DNA of 56,941 nucleotides from an uncultured Verrucomicrobiota bacterium. Lineage in GTDB: Bacteria > Verrucomicrobiota > Kiritimatiellia > CAIKKV01 > CAITUY01. The notes under the pieces were generated by a model. It did no database searches. It was given only the letters and a program-made list of their open reading frames with translations, and was not told the DNA's origin. A program made the position numbers and the translations under genes. This document shows positions 1-9,551 of this stretch, piece after piece; the stretch's first letter is position 1, and each line of letters begins with the position of its first letter. The stretch is taken from contig CAYOIT010000004.1 of the NCBI GenBank assembly GCA_964404035.1, positions 1-56,941 on the forward strand, in the 5' to 3' direction.

Positions 1-932
1 TGGAAATCCTGAGGATCCATGCCCGCAGCATCAAGCTTTCGGCCGATGTGGATTTGCGCCGGCTGGCGCGCGGCACGCCCGGATTCTCCGGCGCCGACCT
101 GGCGAACCTGATCAATGAGGCGGCCCTGCTGGCGGCGCGGAACAACCAGGAAGGGGTTCGTCAGCCGGATCTCGAAGAGGCGCGCGACAAGGTTCGCTGG
201 GGCCGGGAACGCCGGAGCCGGGTGCTGGACGAGAAGGAAAAGAAGATCACCGCCTATCATGAGACCGGGCATGCGCTCATCGGGCTCATGGTCGAGGAGG
301 CCGAACCGCTGCACAAGATCACCATCATTCCTCGCGGCACGGCTTACCTCGGGGCCACCATGCAGCTGCCCGAGAAGGACCGGTACATGGAAGGGCGGGA
401 CAAGCTGTTGGGCATGCTGACCACCCTGATGGGCGGACGTGTCGCGGAAGAGATCGTCTTCGGTGACATCACGTCCGGGGCCAGCAGCGATCTCAAGCAG
501 GCGACGCGGCTGGCGCGGTTGATGGTGTGCGATTGGGGGATGAGCCCCGAACTTGGACCGCAGACCTTCGGCAATCATGAGGAGTTGATGTTCCTCGGGC
601 GCGAGGTCTCGCGGTCGCAGGATTTCAGCGACGACACGGCCCGCCGGATTGATTCCGAGGTGAGCCGCCTGCTTCGCGAAGCCCACCAGCGTGCCAAGGA
701 TCTCCTGGTGAAGCATCGCGACAACCTTGATCTTGTGGCCAAGACCCTGATCGAGCGCGAAACGCTGGACGGTCGCGACGTCGACGAACTGGTGAAGGGC
801 GGCCGCCTGTTGAGTGACGAGGAGCGGACTGCGCTGCCGCCGCGCGAGACCAGCGGCGAGGCCGCTGCCGTGGAGCCTGAAAAAGGAAAAGTCCTGGCGG
901 GAACGCCGATCGAGCGGAGGAGTGATGCCTGA
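1..932 (+). CDS. ftsH: ATP-dependent zinc metalloprotease FtsH, C-terminal part (5' end lies outside the window)
   Basis: The frame is open from the window edge. The translation contains the AAA lid (GFSGADLANLINEAALLAAR), the HEXXH zinc site (AYHETGHAL) and the IIPRG and SGASSDL motifs. Confidence 0.95.
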   Translation, partial: EILRIHARSIKLSADVDLRRLARGTPGFSGADLANLINEAALLAARNNQEGVRQPDLEEARDKVRWGRERRSRVLDEKEKKITAYHETGHALIGLMVEEAEPLHKITIIPRGTAYLGATMQLPEKDRYMEGRDKLLGMLTTLMGGRVAEEIVFGDITSGASSDLKQATRLARLMVCDWGMSPELGPQTFGNHEELMFLGREVSRSQDFSDDTARRIDSEVSRLLREAHQRAKDLLVKHRDNLDLVAKTLIERETLDGRDVDELVKGGRLLSDEERTALPPRETSGEAAAVEPEKGKVLAGTPIERRSDA

Positions 933-1794
933 GGAAGCCGGCGTCCGGTGGCGGTGCCGGGAGCGCACGATACGCTTCGGACCCCGGCCGCTGATCATGG
1001 GCATCCTCAATGTGACGCCCGATTCGTTTTCCGACGGCGGCCAGTTCGCCACACCCGAGGCGGCGATCCGCCATGGGTTGGCCATGGCAGGAGACGGAGC
1101 GGATATTATCGATGTGGGCGGAGAGTCCACCCGGCCGGGTTCAGTGGAACTGCCGCCGGCCGAGGAACTCGCGCGAGTGATTCCGGTGATCGAAGGCCTT
1201 TGCCGCGAATGCCGAGGGGCGGCTCCGTTGATTTCGATCGACACTCGCAAGGCGGTTGTAGCGGAACGGGCCCTGGCGGCGGGCGCCGCCATCGTCAACG
1301 ATGTGTCGGCCCTGACCTGCGATGCCGGCATGGCGGACACGGTCCGACGGTACGGAGCCGGCGTGGTGTTGATGCACATGCGCGGCCAGCCGGCAACGAT
1401 GCAGAGGGCGCCGCACTACGACGACGTTGTACACGAGGTGGAGGCCTATCTGGTCCGGCGGGTGGCGGAACTTGAGGCGCAGGGGCTCGATCGCGAGACG
1501 TTGGCGCTGGATCCCGGGATTGGGTTCGGGAAGACACTGGAGCACAATCTTCAACTCCTGAGCCGGCTCGAGGTCCTTGTCCGGCACGGGCGGCCGGTGC
1601 TGGTGGGCCTGTCGCGCAAGAGCTTCCTGGGAACCCTGACCGGGCGGAAACCCGGCGACCGGCTGGCGGGAAGCCTGACCGGCCTGGTGGTGGCGGCGTT
1701 GCGCGGCGCGCGGATTTTGCGGGTGCATGACGTGAAGGAATCGGTTGACGCGGTTAAAGTGGTGGCAGCGTTGAGCGGGGAGACTGCAACGTGA
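925..1794 (+). CDS. folP: dihydropteroate synthase
   Basis: Pterin-binding motifs GILNVTPDSFSDGG, DVGGESTRPG, ISIDT, NDVS and GIGFGK. Start moved to ATG 925, which overlaps the ftsH stop by 8 nt. Confidence 0.9.
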   Translation: MPEEAGVRWRCRERTIRFGPRPLIMGILNVTPDSFSDGGQFATPEAAIRHGLAMAGDGADIIDVGGESTRPGSVELPPAEELARVIPVIEGLCRECRGAAPLISIDTRKAVVAERALAAGAAIVNDVSALTCDAGMADTVRRYGAGVVLMHMRGQPATMQRAPHYDDVVHEVEAYLVRRVAELEAQGLDRETLALDPGIGFGKTLEHNLQLLSRLEVLVRHGRPVLVGLSRKSFLGTLTGRKPGDRLAGSLTGLVVAALRGARILRVHDVKESVDAVKVVAALSGETAT

Positions 1795-2660
1795 CATGGT
1801 TGAATGACATTGTATGGCCGGGGGCGGGCGGGAGCTTCGAGATCCTCGTCCTGGCCTGCGTGTTCTATTTTGTCTTCATCTTCTTCCGGGAGACCCGCAG
1901 CATCCAGATCTTTGTCGGGTTGCTGCTGTTGTTGATCATGATGATCGCCGTGACGCGCCTGTTTCATATTTACGCGCTGAACTGGTTGCTGAGCCGGTTC
2001 TCGGTCTACCTGGCGGTGGCGATGCTGGTTATTTTTCAGCCGGAGATTCGGCGGGCGCTGGCCGAACTGGGGAGGCAGCCGCTCTTTGCCGCTCCTGTCG
2101 AATCGAGGGGGCTGGTGGATAATCTGGTCGAGGCGGTCATGCTTCTGGCGGAGCGCCGGATTGGCGCCCTGATCGCGATAGAGCGGACCGAGAGCACGCG
2201 GGCTATCCAGGATACCGGCGTGAAACTGGAGGCGCGCGTCAATTCAGACCTTCTGGCCAGCCTCTTCTTTCCGCACACGCCGCTGCATGATGGCGGGGTG
2301 ATCATTTCCGGTAACCGCATCGTCGCGGCCGGTTGTCTGTTTCCCCTCTGTCAGCGACCGGAATTGAGCCGCGGACTGGGGACGCGCCATCGGGCGGCGA
2401 TGGGCCTGACGGAGGAGATTGATGCCATCGCCATCGTCGTTTCAGAGGAGACCGGCACGGTCTCCATCAGTACCCGGGGCCGGTTGAGCCGCGATTTTGA
2501 CGAAGAGCGTTTGCGCCGGTTTCTGTCCGCGGTGCTGGTTAAAGAGCAAATGGCCACCAGCCGCTGGACCCGGGCGCGGCAGCACCTGGACCTGAGCTTC
2601 AACGGTATCGCGAAGTCGGAGAACATGGCCCGCGGGGAGGATGCCAACCATGCCGGCTGA
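1791..2660 (+). CDS. cdaA: diadenylate cyclase CdaA (c-di-AMP synthase)
   Basis: N-terminal hydrophobic helices followed by a DAC domain (HDGGVII, GTRHRAA, VVSEETG). GTG start overlaps the folP TGA. Confidence 0.88.
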   Translation: MTWLNDIVWPGAGGSFEILVLACVFYFVFIFFRETRSIQIFVGLLLLLIMMIAVTRLFHIYALNWLLSRFSVYLAVAMLVIFQPEIRRALAELGRQPLFAAPVESRGLVDNLVEAVMLLAERRIGALIAIERTESTRAIQDTGVKLEARVNSDLLASLFFPHTPLHDGGVIISGNRIVAAGCLFPLCQRPELSRGLGTRHRAAMGLTEEIDAIAIVVSEETGTVSISTRGRLSRDFDEERLRRFLSAVLVKEQMATSRWTRARQHLDLSFNGIAKSENMARGEDANHAG

Positions 2661-3594
2661 ACTCTCCAAGCTGGGTCAGGCGGTGCTTCATAACAAGTGG
2701 CTCAAGCTGCTCTCCCTTCTCATGGCGACGATCAGCTGGTATGTCATCCAGGATGCGATCAGCTTTGAGGTCGAGATCCCTGATATCCGGCTTCAGATCC
2801 AGGTCCAGGAAGGCATGGCCATTCTCAACCAGTCGGCCTCGACGGTGGATGTCGCGTTCCGCGGGTCGCAGGAGGATATTCAACGTCTTGACCCCCGGCG
2901 TCTTCAGGCGGTGGTGGACCTGACGCAGAGCGAGGATGCGGCGAAGGAAGTGGTGGTGACCCCGGGAATGATTCGCGGCGTGCGCGGGGCGCGGGCGGTG
3001 GCCGTTCATCCTGCGCGCATCCATGTCACGCTCGACCGGCAGGCGGAGAAACGTGTCCCGGTGAAAGGGCGGACGGTGGGCCTGCCGCTGTTGGGTGAGG
3101 TGGATGCGGTGACGTGCGAACCCTCAACGGTGTTGTTGCGCGGTTCGGCCGCCAAGTTGCGGACGACGGAGTCGGTGTATACCCAGCCGGTCGATGTCGA
3201 TGGACGCGTCGAATCGTTTGTGCGCCGGAGCGCGCTCCAGGCGCCGGGCGATAACTGGGTTGCGCAGATGGAACCCGCCGACGTCCAGGTCAGGGTGACC
3301 CTCACCCGACGGAACGCCACCCTCGAGCGGAAGGGCGTCCCCGTGAGCGCCGTGGTCGATCCGGGGCGGACGCTGGAGATCGACATCCAGCCGCCGACCG
3401 TGGATGTGGTGCTGATGAGCCAGGCCTCCGGCGTGAAACTCCAGGAGGAGGGCCGGCCGGTTCGCGCGTTTATCGATTGCGTGGGATTGGTGGCACCGGG
3501 CGAATTCACCGTCCCGGTCCGGGTGATCGCCGGCGCCGACGTCTCTGCCGTGGCGCGCCCCGAGTCGGTTCGGGTGACCTTGTCGCAGAAATGA
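2641..3594 (+). CDS. cdaR: YbbR-domain protein, CdaA regulator-like (CdaR)
   Basis: N-terminal TM helix followed by repeated beta-rich YbbR-like modules. It overlaps the cdaA 3' end by 20 nt, the usual cdaA-cdaR arrangement. Confidence 0.7.
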   Translation: MPTMPAELSKLGQAVLHNKWLKLLSLLMATISWYVIQDAISFEVEIPDIRLQIQVQEGMAILNQSASTVDVAFRGSQEDIQRLDPRRLQAVVDLTQSEDAAKEVVVTPGMIRGVRGARAVAVHPARIHVTLDRQAEKRVPVKGRTVGLPLLGEVDAVTCEPSTVLLRGSAAKLRTTESVYTQPVDVDGRVESFVRRSALQAPGDNWVAQMEPADVQVRVTLTRRNATLERKGVPVSAVVDPGRTLEIDIQPPTVDVVLMSQASGVKLQEEGRPVRAFIDCVGLVAPGEFTVPVRVIAGADVSAVARPESVRVTLSQK

Positions 3595-3601
3595 ATGAAG
3601 G

Positions 3602-4270
3602 ATGGAAAAGATGACTAATAAGGCATGGATGGTGGTGGGATTGATGGGTGGACTGTTGGCCCAGGCCGGAGCGGCTCCCGATCCCGCGACCGGAACGACG
3701 ACATCGGCGCTGGCTCAAGCCAGTGCGCCCGCCCCCACGGCGGGAGAGGTTCAGAGTCTGCTGTCCAGCGGCCGGCAGGCGCTGTCCGGCGGCAAATGGG
3801 CGGAGGCCGTGGCGTTGTTTGAAAAGGCGCGTAAGCTGGACCCGACCAACGGCGAGGCCGATTTCGGATTGAGTGCCGCCTTCATCGAGCTGGGGCGCCT
3901 TGACGAGGCCCTGCCTTTGTTGGAGTCCCTGCGCAAGGCTGTCCCCGATAACCCGACCGTCATGAACAACCTGGCTTGGGTGTATGTCAAATCGACGGAT
4001 GCGAAGATCCGAAACCCGGCCAAAGCCGTCAAGCTGGCGCGCGAGGCGCTGCTCGAAGTTCCTGCGGATTACTCGATCTGGAATACGCTGGCCGAGGCTT
4101 ATTGTGCCGATGGCAAGTATGACCTTGCCCTGCGCGCGGCCGAAAGCGCGCTCAGACTTAACCGCCTCGCCGGGGCGACCAATACCGTCGCCGCTCGCGA
4201 ACTGGTGGCGAAGTGCCGCCGGGCCGGAGCGGCCGCTACCGATGGAAAAACGGACGACGACCGGCCCTGA
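3602..4270 (+). CDS. secreted TPR-repeat protein
   Basis: Signal peptide (MVVGLMGGLLAQAGA) followed by TPR-like repeats (WAEAVALFEKARKLDP, LGRLDEALPLLESL, NLAWVYV, YDLALRAAESAL). Confidence 0.7.
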   Translation: MEKMTNKAWMVVGLMGGLLAQAGAAPDPATGTTTSALAQASAPAPTAGEVQSLLSSGRQALSGGKWAEAVALFEKARKLDPTNGEADFGLSAAFIELGRLDEALPLLESLRKAVPDNPTVMNNLAWVYVKSTDAKIRNPAKAVKLAREALLEVPADYSIWNTLAEAYCADGKYDLALRAAESALRLNRLAGATNTVAARELVAKCRRAGAAATDGKTDDDRP

Positions 4271-4287
4271 CGGAGGCAATTCTACCC

Positions 4288-6798
4288 ATGGCAACCAACG
4301 AGACGAAACCCAAAATGAGCACGGGCATTCGCGAGGTCTGGAGCATCGGACTGCTCGCGGTCTGCGTGTTGCTTTTTCTAAGCCTCGTCTCGTATGACTG
4401 GCGTGATATCTCCCTGTTGACGGCGCCGTCCAACGATCCGCCCTGCAACTTCATCGGACCCGCCGGCGCCTGGTTGTCGTTTGTGATGTTCATGGCCTTC
4501 GGCGTGGCGTCCTACCTTCTGCCGTTGTGGTTTCTCGGGTTTGGCGTGGTTCTTATTTTTCATGGGGTCGAACACGCCCGGGCCAAGCTCACCTGGGCCG
4601 CGCTCATGATGCTTTCGCTGTGCTGCCTGATTGATTTGCGGCCCGCCCTCGTTTCCGGCGTGGCGCAGTCGCTCAATCTCAGCGCGCCCGGTGGAGTGCC
4701 GGCGCAGCTATTCTGCCGGCTCCTGTCGGTGCATCTGCTGGGCGACGTGGGGGCGCTGATCACCGTGCTGGCGGTTCTGCTGATCTCCTCGGTGCTGTTC
4801 TTCGGCTGGGACGTCATCCTGCGCGAATTGAACCGCATGGCGGGGGTGATCAGCACGGCCACGAACAAGTGGGCCCTGCAGGGCGATCGTGAAGCCACCG
4901 ACTGGCCGAAGCGCCAGCCGGCCATTCAGGAATGGAAGCGGGAGCGGATCGAGCGGGTGGCGCGCGACGACAAAAAGGCCGCCCGCCGCGAGCCGGAACA
5001 GCATGAACTGGTGACGCTGCCCGATCCCGAGCCCGTGGCGGCGCGGCCGGAGGAACCGGTTAAGGAGCCGGCGAAACCCGCCCCGGTCATCAAGCCCCCG
5101 CCCCCCCCGTCGAAGCCCAAAGAGAAGCCGGTGGTCGAATCCGCCGCGCCGCGGGTGGCCGCCCGCCCGACCGTCTCCCTGCCGGCGCCGGCGATCAACT
5201 ACGTGTTGCCTCCGTTATCCCTGTTGACCGATCTTCCGCCGGCCGAACAGCGCACGATCCGGGGCGATACCGATACGACGGCCCGTGTGATTGTCCAGAC
5301 GCTCGAGGAATTCGGCATCAAGGTTCAGATGAAGAACGTTGAGTGCGGGCCCGTGGTCACCCGCTACGAACTGATTCCCGCGGCCGGGGTGAAGGTTGAG
5401 AAGATCGGGGCGTTGAGCAACAACCTGTCCCTGTCGCTCAAAGCGACCAGCGTGCGGGTTCAGGCGCCCATTCCCGGCCGGGGCACGGTGGGCATCGAGG
5501 TGCCCAATGCCTCGACGACCTCCGTCTATCTCAAGGAAATCCTGGAGGGGCCCTCCTGGCAACCCGACCGCACCGAGATCCCCATTGTGCTGGGCAAGGA
5601 TGTGGGAGGGAAGGACCTGGTGACCGACCTGGCGGCCATGCCGCATCTGCTGATCGCCGGCGCCACCGGTTCCGGAAAGACGGTCTGCATGAACTCGATC
5701 CTGGCGGGTTTGCTCATGTCGCGCACGCCCGAGCAGCTCCAGCTCATGCTGATCGATCCCAAGATTGTCGAATTCTCCGCCTACAACCATCTGCCGCACC
5801 TGCTGGGGTCGCGGACGCAGGTGATCACCGATCCGAAGAAGGTGGCGGGCGGTTTGCGCTGGGCGATCACCGAGATGGAGCGCCGCTACCAGGTCATGGC
5901 CAAGGTGGGCGTCCGCAACATCAAGGGGTTCAACGCGCGGAAGATCGAGAAGCAGCAGGTGCTGTTCGGGACCGCGCCGGACATGGCACCCAATATTCCC
6001 GACCGGATGAACTACATCGTGATCATCATTGACGAACTCGCGGACCTGATGCTGACGGCGCAGGCGGAGATCGAGAGTTACATCGCCCGGCTGGCCCAGA
6101 TGTCGCGGGCCGTGGGGATCCACATGATCATTGCCACCCAGCGCCCGTCGGTCAACGTGATCACCGGCACCATCAAGGCCAATTTCCCGGCCCGTATCGC
6201 CTTCCAGGTCGCCCAGATGAACGACAGCCGCACCATTCTCGATGCCAAGGGCGCCGAAAAGCTGCTGGGGCGCGGCGACATGCTCTTCATGCCGCCCGGG
6301 GCGAGCAAGCTGATCAGGGCCCAGGGCGCAATGACGACCGATGACGACATCCGCCGCATCGTGGACTTCATCAAGAAGCAATGTCCGCCGCCGATGGAAG
6401 AGCCCGCCCCTGTCCCGGCCCGGAAACTGCAGGGTAGCGTGGACACCGCGCCGGTGCCGGGCGCCGCGGCAGCCGCCGCAGAGGATGACGCTGTCCCGGC
6501 AAAAGCCGGACCCAGTTTTGACGACATGCTGGTCAAGCCTGCCGGCAGTGACGATGCGGATGACGAGTTGATCGAGATGGCGGTTCAGATCATCCGGGAA
6601 ACGCACCGGGCCTCGACCTCGTCGCTTCAGCGGCGGCTGCGCATCGGCTACACGCGGGCGGCGCGGGTGATGGACGTGCTGGAGGAACGCGGCATCGTCG
6701 GCCCGGCGCGCGGTTCCGACCCGCGGGAGATCCTCATTGATTTGGACGGCGAGGTGCCGAATAATGCGCCCGTTTCAGAAGAAAGACAGGAGCCATGA
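4288..6798 (+). CDS. ftsK: DNA translocase FtsK/SpoIIIE
   Basis: Four N-terminal TM helices and a Pro/Lys-rich linker. Motor domain with Walker A (GATGSGKT) and Walker B (IVIIIDELADL). C-terminal gamma winged helix (SLQRRLRIGYTRAARVMDVLEE). Start set at ATG 4288. Confidence 0.95.
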   Translation: MATNETKPKMSTGIREVWSIGLLAVCVLLFLSLVSYDWRDISLLTAPSNDPPCNFIGPAGAWLSFVMFMAFGVASYLLPLWFLGFGVVLIFHGVEHARAKLTWAALMMLSLCCLIDLRPALVSGVAQSLNLSAPGGVPAQLFCRLLSVHLLGDVGALITVLAVLLISSVLFFGWDVILRELNRMAGVISTATNKWALQGDREATDWPKRQPAIQEWKRERIERVARDDKKAARREPEQHELVTLPDPEPVAARPEEPVKEPAKPAPVIKPPPPPSKPKEKPVVESAAPRVAARPTVSLPAPAINYVLPPLSLLTDLPPAEQRTIRGDTDTTARVIVQTLEEFGIKVQMKNVECGPVVTRYELIPAAGVKVEKIGALSNNLSLSLKATSVRVQAPIPGRGTVGIEVPNASTTSVYLKEILEGPSWQPDRTEIPIVLGKDVGGKDLVTDLAAMPHLLIAGATGSGKTVCMNSILAGLLMSRTPEQLQLMLIDPKIVEFSAYNHLPHLLGSRTQVITDPKKVAGGLRWAITEMERRYQVMAKVGVRNIKGFNARKIEKQQVLFGTAPDMAPNIPDRMNYIVIIIDELADLMLTAQAEIESYIARLAQMSRAVGIHMIIATQRPSVNVITGTIKANFPARIAFQVAQMNDSRTILDAKGAEKLLGRGDMLFMPPGASKLIRAQGAMTTDDDIRRIVDFIKKQCPPPMEEPAPVPARKLQGSVDTAPVPGAAAAAAEDDAVPAKAGPSFDDMLVKPAGSDDADDELIEMAVQIIRETHRASTSSLQRRLRIGYTRAARVMDVLEERGIVGPARGSDPREILIDLDGEVPNNAPVSEERQEP

Positions 6799-7511
6799 CC
6801 GACATGTTTTCACCAGGGGCAACCCTGCGCGCGGCGCGCGAAAAACGCAAACTGAGCCTGGCGGAGATTGCCGAGATGACCCGGATCAAGGTTCACATCA
6901 TCACGGCCATCGAGAATAACGACTTCAGCGGGATTGCCGCTCCGTTGTATGGCAAGGGCTTCATCAAGCTGTATGCGGAAGCCGTCGGACTGGATCCGCA
7001 ACCCCTGATCCGCGATTACATGGAACAACACGCGCGGACGGTCCATCCTTCACTCCGATCGGAGCGGCCGCCCTCAGCTCCCCTCTCCAACGGCGTGCCG
7101 ATGCCCTCGACGCTGGACCGGTTCCGCTCGTCCGGCGGGGCAGCCTGGGCCAAGGTTGTCTCCGACGTGTCGGCGGCGCTGCAAGGGGTGGTCGACACGC
7201 TGCGTGTGGCCTGGGTGCGCTGGCGGATGCAGCAGCAGAAGTCGTCCGCCGTGACGCGCCGCTATACGCGCGGTTACGCGGGACCGGAAGCGATTCCGAT
7301 CTGGCGTTACGCGGCCATCGGCGTGGCCTTGCTGGTGGTGGTGGTGCTGGTGATCGCCGGGGTGGGACTGCTGCTGGGACGTTCGCACGAGCGTCATCCC
7401 GCGCCGGTTTCAGCGCCGGTCTCGATACCGGCGAAACCGGCCCTTGCGCCGCGGCCGTTGCGGCTGCAGGCAGAGCCGCCGCCCGCGCACCTTCGAATCC
7501 CCGCACCCTGA
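6795..7511 (+). CDS. RodZ-like HTH membrane protein
   Basis: N-terminal HTH (LSLAEIAEMTRIKVHIITAIE), one central TM helix (AAIGVALLVVVVLVIAGVGLLL) and a Pro/Ala-rich tail. ATGA overlap with the ftsK stop. Confidence 0.65.
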   Translation: MTDMFSPGATLRAAREKRKLSLAEIAEMTRIKVHIITAIENNDFSGIAAPLYGKGFIKLYAEAVGLDPQPLIRDYMEQHARTVHPSLRSERPPSAPLSNGVPMPSTLDRFRSSGGAAWAKVVSDVSAALQGVVDTLRVAWVRWRMQQQKSSAVTRRYTRGYAGPEAIPIWRYAAIGVALLVVVVLVIAGVGLLLGRSHERHPAPVSAPVSIPAKPALAPRPLRLQAEPPPAHLRIPAP

Positions 7512-7518
7512 GGCGTCG

Positions 7519-8862
7519 ATGAACAGGTTCTCCGTTGGATTCATCAGCCTGGGGTGTGCCAAGAATCTTGTGGATTCCGAGCACATGGCGACGGTGTTGA
7601 AGGCCGCGGGGGCCCCGCTGGCGCGATCGCCCGAAGAGGCTGATATCATCCTCATCAACACCTGCGGGTTTATCGGCGATGCGAAGGAGGAATCCATCGA
7701 TGCCATCCTGCGGGCCTGCGCCCTCAAGCAGACCGGGAGTTGTCGCGCGGTGGTGGTGGCCGGCTGCCTGATCCAGCGCTACCGGGAGCAGCTCCGGAAA
7801 GCCATGCCCGAGGTGGACGCGTTCATCGGTCTCGATGAACTGGATGAAGTGGCGGCGATTGTCCGGCGCCTGGAACAGGGCGAGTCGGGGATCATGCGGG
7901 TGTCCAAGGTGTCGCAGAAGGTCTTCAGCCCGCTCCCCTCGCGCATCATTCTGACCGGCGGGCCGTTCGCCTACCTCAAGATCGCCGAGGGCTGCAACCA
8001 CGGGTGTGCGTTCTGTGCCATTCCCGGCATTCGCGGCCGGTACCGGTCCCGCCCGATTTCCGGGATCGTGAAGGAAGCCGAGACGCTTCTGGCCCGCGGC
8101 ATCCGGGAACTCAACCTGATTTCACAGGATACGACGCGGTACGGTCACGATTTGGACAATGGCACCGACCTACCCAAGCTGCTGAAGGCCCTGGGCAAGC
8201 TGGGGGGAGCGTTTCGGATCCGGCTCCTGTATGGCCATCCGGCGCATCTCAGCGACAAACTGCTCGACGCCATGGGCGAGGTGTCACAGGTCTGCCGCTA
8301 CCTGGATGTTCCCATCCAGCATTCCCATCCCGACATGCTGCGCCTGATGCGGCGGGCGGGTGGGGCGGAGGCCGTGCGTGCTTTCCCGGAGCGGGCCCGA
8401 CGGCGGCTGCCGGGAGTGACGCTACGGACCACCTGCCTGGTGGGGTTCCCTGGCGAAAAGGCCGCGCACTTCAACGATCTGCTGGCGTTTATCGGGGAGG
8501 CGGGCTTCGATCACCTGGGGGTCTTCGCGTTTTCGAAGGAGGAAAACACCGCCGCCTGCGACCTGCCGGATCCGGTTTCGCCGGGAGTCGCCCAGCGCCG
8601 GCGTGCCCGGTTGATGGAACGGCAGCAGGAGATCGTGTTTCGCCAGGCCTGCGCCCTGAAGGGGAGCGAGGCGACCGTGATGCTGCTCCGGGCCGGAACC
8701 CGCAAAGACTGGGTGGCCCGCAGCGAGGGCCAGGCGCCGGACGTCGATGGGGTCACCCTGGTTCGCGGGATCGGGCCCAACGGCGTCCCCGGCCAGTTTG
8801 TGCGGGTGCGTTACCGGGGTGCTGACGGCTACGATCTCCGCGCCAGCGTGCTTCAGGGTTGA
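7519..8862 (+). CDS. rimO: ribosomal protein S12 methylthiotransferase RimO (radical SAM, MiaB family)
   Basis: UPF0004 N-domain (SLGCAKN) and radical-SAM CxxxCxxC (CNHGCAFC). RimO-typical length with a C-terminal TRAM-like domain. Start set at ATG 7519. Confidence 0.88.
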   Translation: MNRFSVGFISLGCAKNLVDSEHMATVLKAAGAPLARSPEEADIILINTCGFIGDAKEESIDAILRACALKQTGSCRAVVVAGCLIQRYREQLRKAMPEVDAFIGLDELDEVAAIVRRLEQGESGIMRVSKVSQKVFSPLPSRIILTGGPFAYLKIAEGCNHGCAFCAIPGIRGRYRSRPISGIVKEAETLLARGIRELNLISQDTTRYGHDLDNGTDLPKLLKALGKLGGAFRIRLLYGHPAHLSDKLLDAMGEVSQVCRYLDVPIQHSHPDMLRLMRRAGGAEAVRAFPERARRRLPGVTLRTTCLVGFPGEKAAHFNDLLAFIGEAGFDHLGVFAFSKEENTAACDLPDPVSPGVAQRRRARLMERQQEIVFRQACALKGSEATVMLLRAGTRKDWVARSEGQAPDVDGVTLVRGIGPNGVPGQFVRVRYRGADGYDLRASVLQG

Positions 8863-8913
8863 CAGTGTCCGCCCTGTCTAGGCACACTGTTACCGGTTGT
8901 TTCGAGACTACGA

Positions 8914-9537
8914 ATGAATCTTCCGAATAAAATCACGGTCGGCCGGATCGGCCTGACCTTTGTGATGGTGGGGTTTCTGACGGCTGGAATGCCGTTCGGG
9001 AAAACGCTGGCGCTGATCACCTTCGGGTTGGCAGGGCTGTCGGACTGGCTGGATGGAATGCTGGCCCGGCGCAGCGGCCAGGTGTCGGTGTTCGGGCAAC
9101 TGATGGATCCGCTGGCCGACAAGATCCTGGTCTCGGCGGCGTTCGTCAGTTTCACCGCCATTCATCAGCCGGACAGTCCCCTTTCCATCGTGCCGGCGTG
9201 GATCGTCATCACCATCATCAGCCGGGAGTTCATGGTCACGGGGCTGCGCCTGCTGGCCGGGCAGCAAGGGAAGGTCCTGCCGGCTGGAAGTTGGGGGAAA
9301 CACAAGATGATCTGGCAGACGATTACCATTGTGGTCGTCATGCTGGGGCTGGCGTTGCAGGAGGACATCCTGCCGCTGGTGTTGCACGGAGAGGCGCATG
9401 CGACGTTTGTCGCCGTGTTCAACGTTTATTTCTCCAAGACGGCGATGTTCCTTTCCCTGGTGGTGGGAGCGCTGACGGTGGTCTCGGGCGCCATTTACTT
9501 GTGGGAAAACAGGGCCCTGTACAGGTCCCAGGCATAG
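8914..9537 (+). CDS. pgsA: CDP-diacylglycerol--glycerol-3-phosphate 3-phosphatidyltransferase
   Basis: CDP-alcohol phosphatidyltransferase signature (DWLDGMLARR...GQLMDPLADK) and multiple TM helices. Confidence 0.9.
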   Translation: MNLPNKITVGRIGLTFVMVGFLTAGMPFGKTLALITFGLAGLSDWLDGMLARRSGQVSVFGQLMDPLADKILVSAAFVSFTAIHQPDSPLSIVPAWIVITIISREFMVTGLRLLAGQQGKVLPAGSWGKHKMIWQTITIVVVMLGLALQEDILPLVLHGEAHATFVAVFNVYFSKTAMFLSLVVGALTVVSGAIYLWENRALYRSQA

Positions 9538-9551
9538 AACGGAAATCCTAA

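Noticed and set aside
5215-6606. 463-aa minus-strand ORF antisense to ftsK. Similar long antisense ORFs occur at 6964..8001, 16805..17854, 19815..21008, 23646..24770, 24777..25949, 33921..35549, 36974..38008, 38277..39521 and 46606..47793.
   Set aside because: They lie opposite genes with unambiguous family motifs. Their products are Arg/Gly/Pro/His-rich and low in complexity, as expected for stop-poor antisense frames in GC-rich DNA. No recognisable domains and no RBS.
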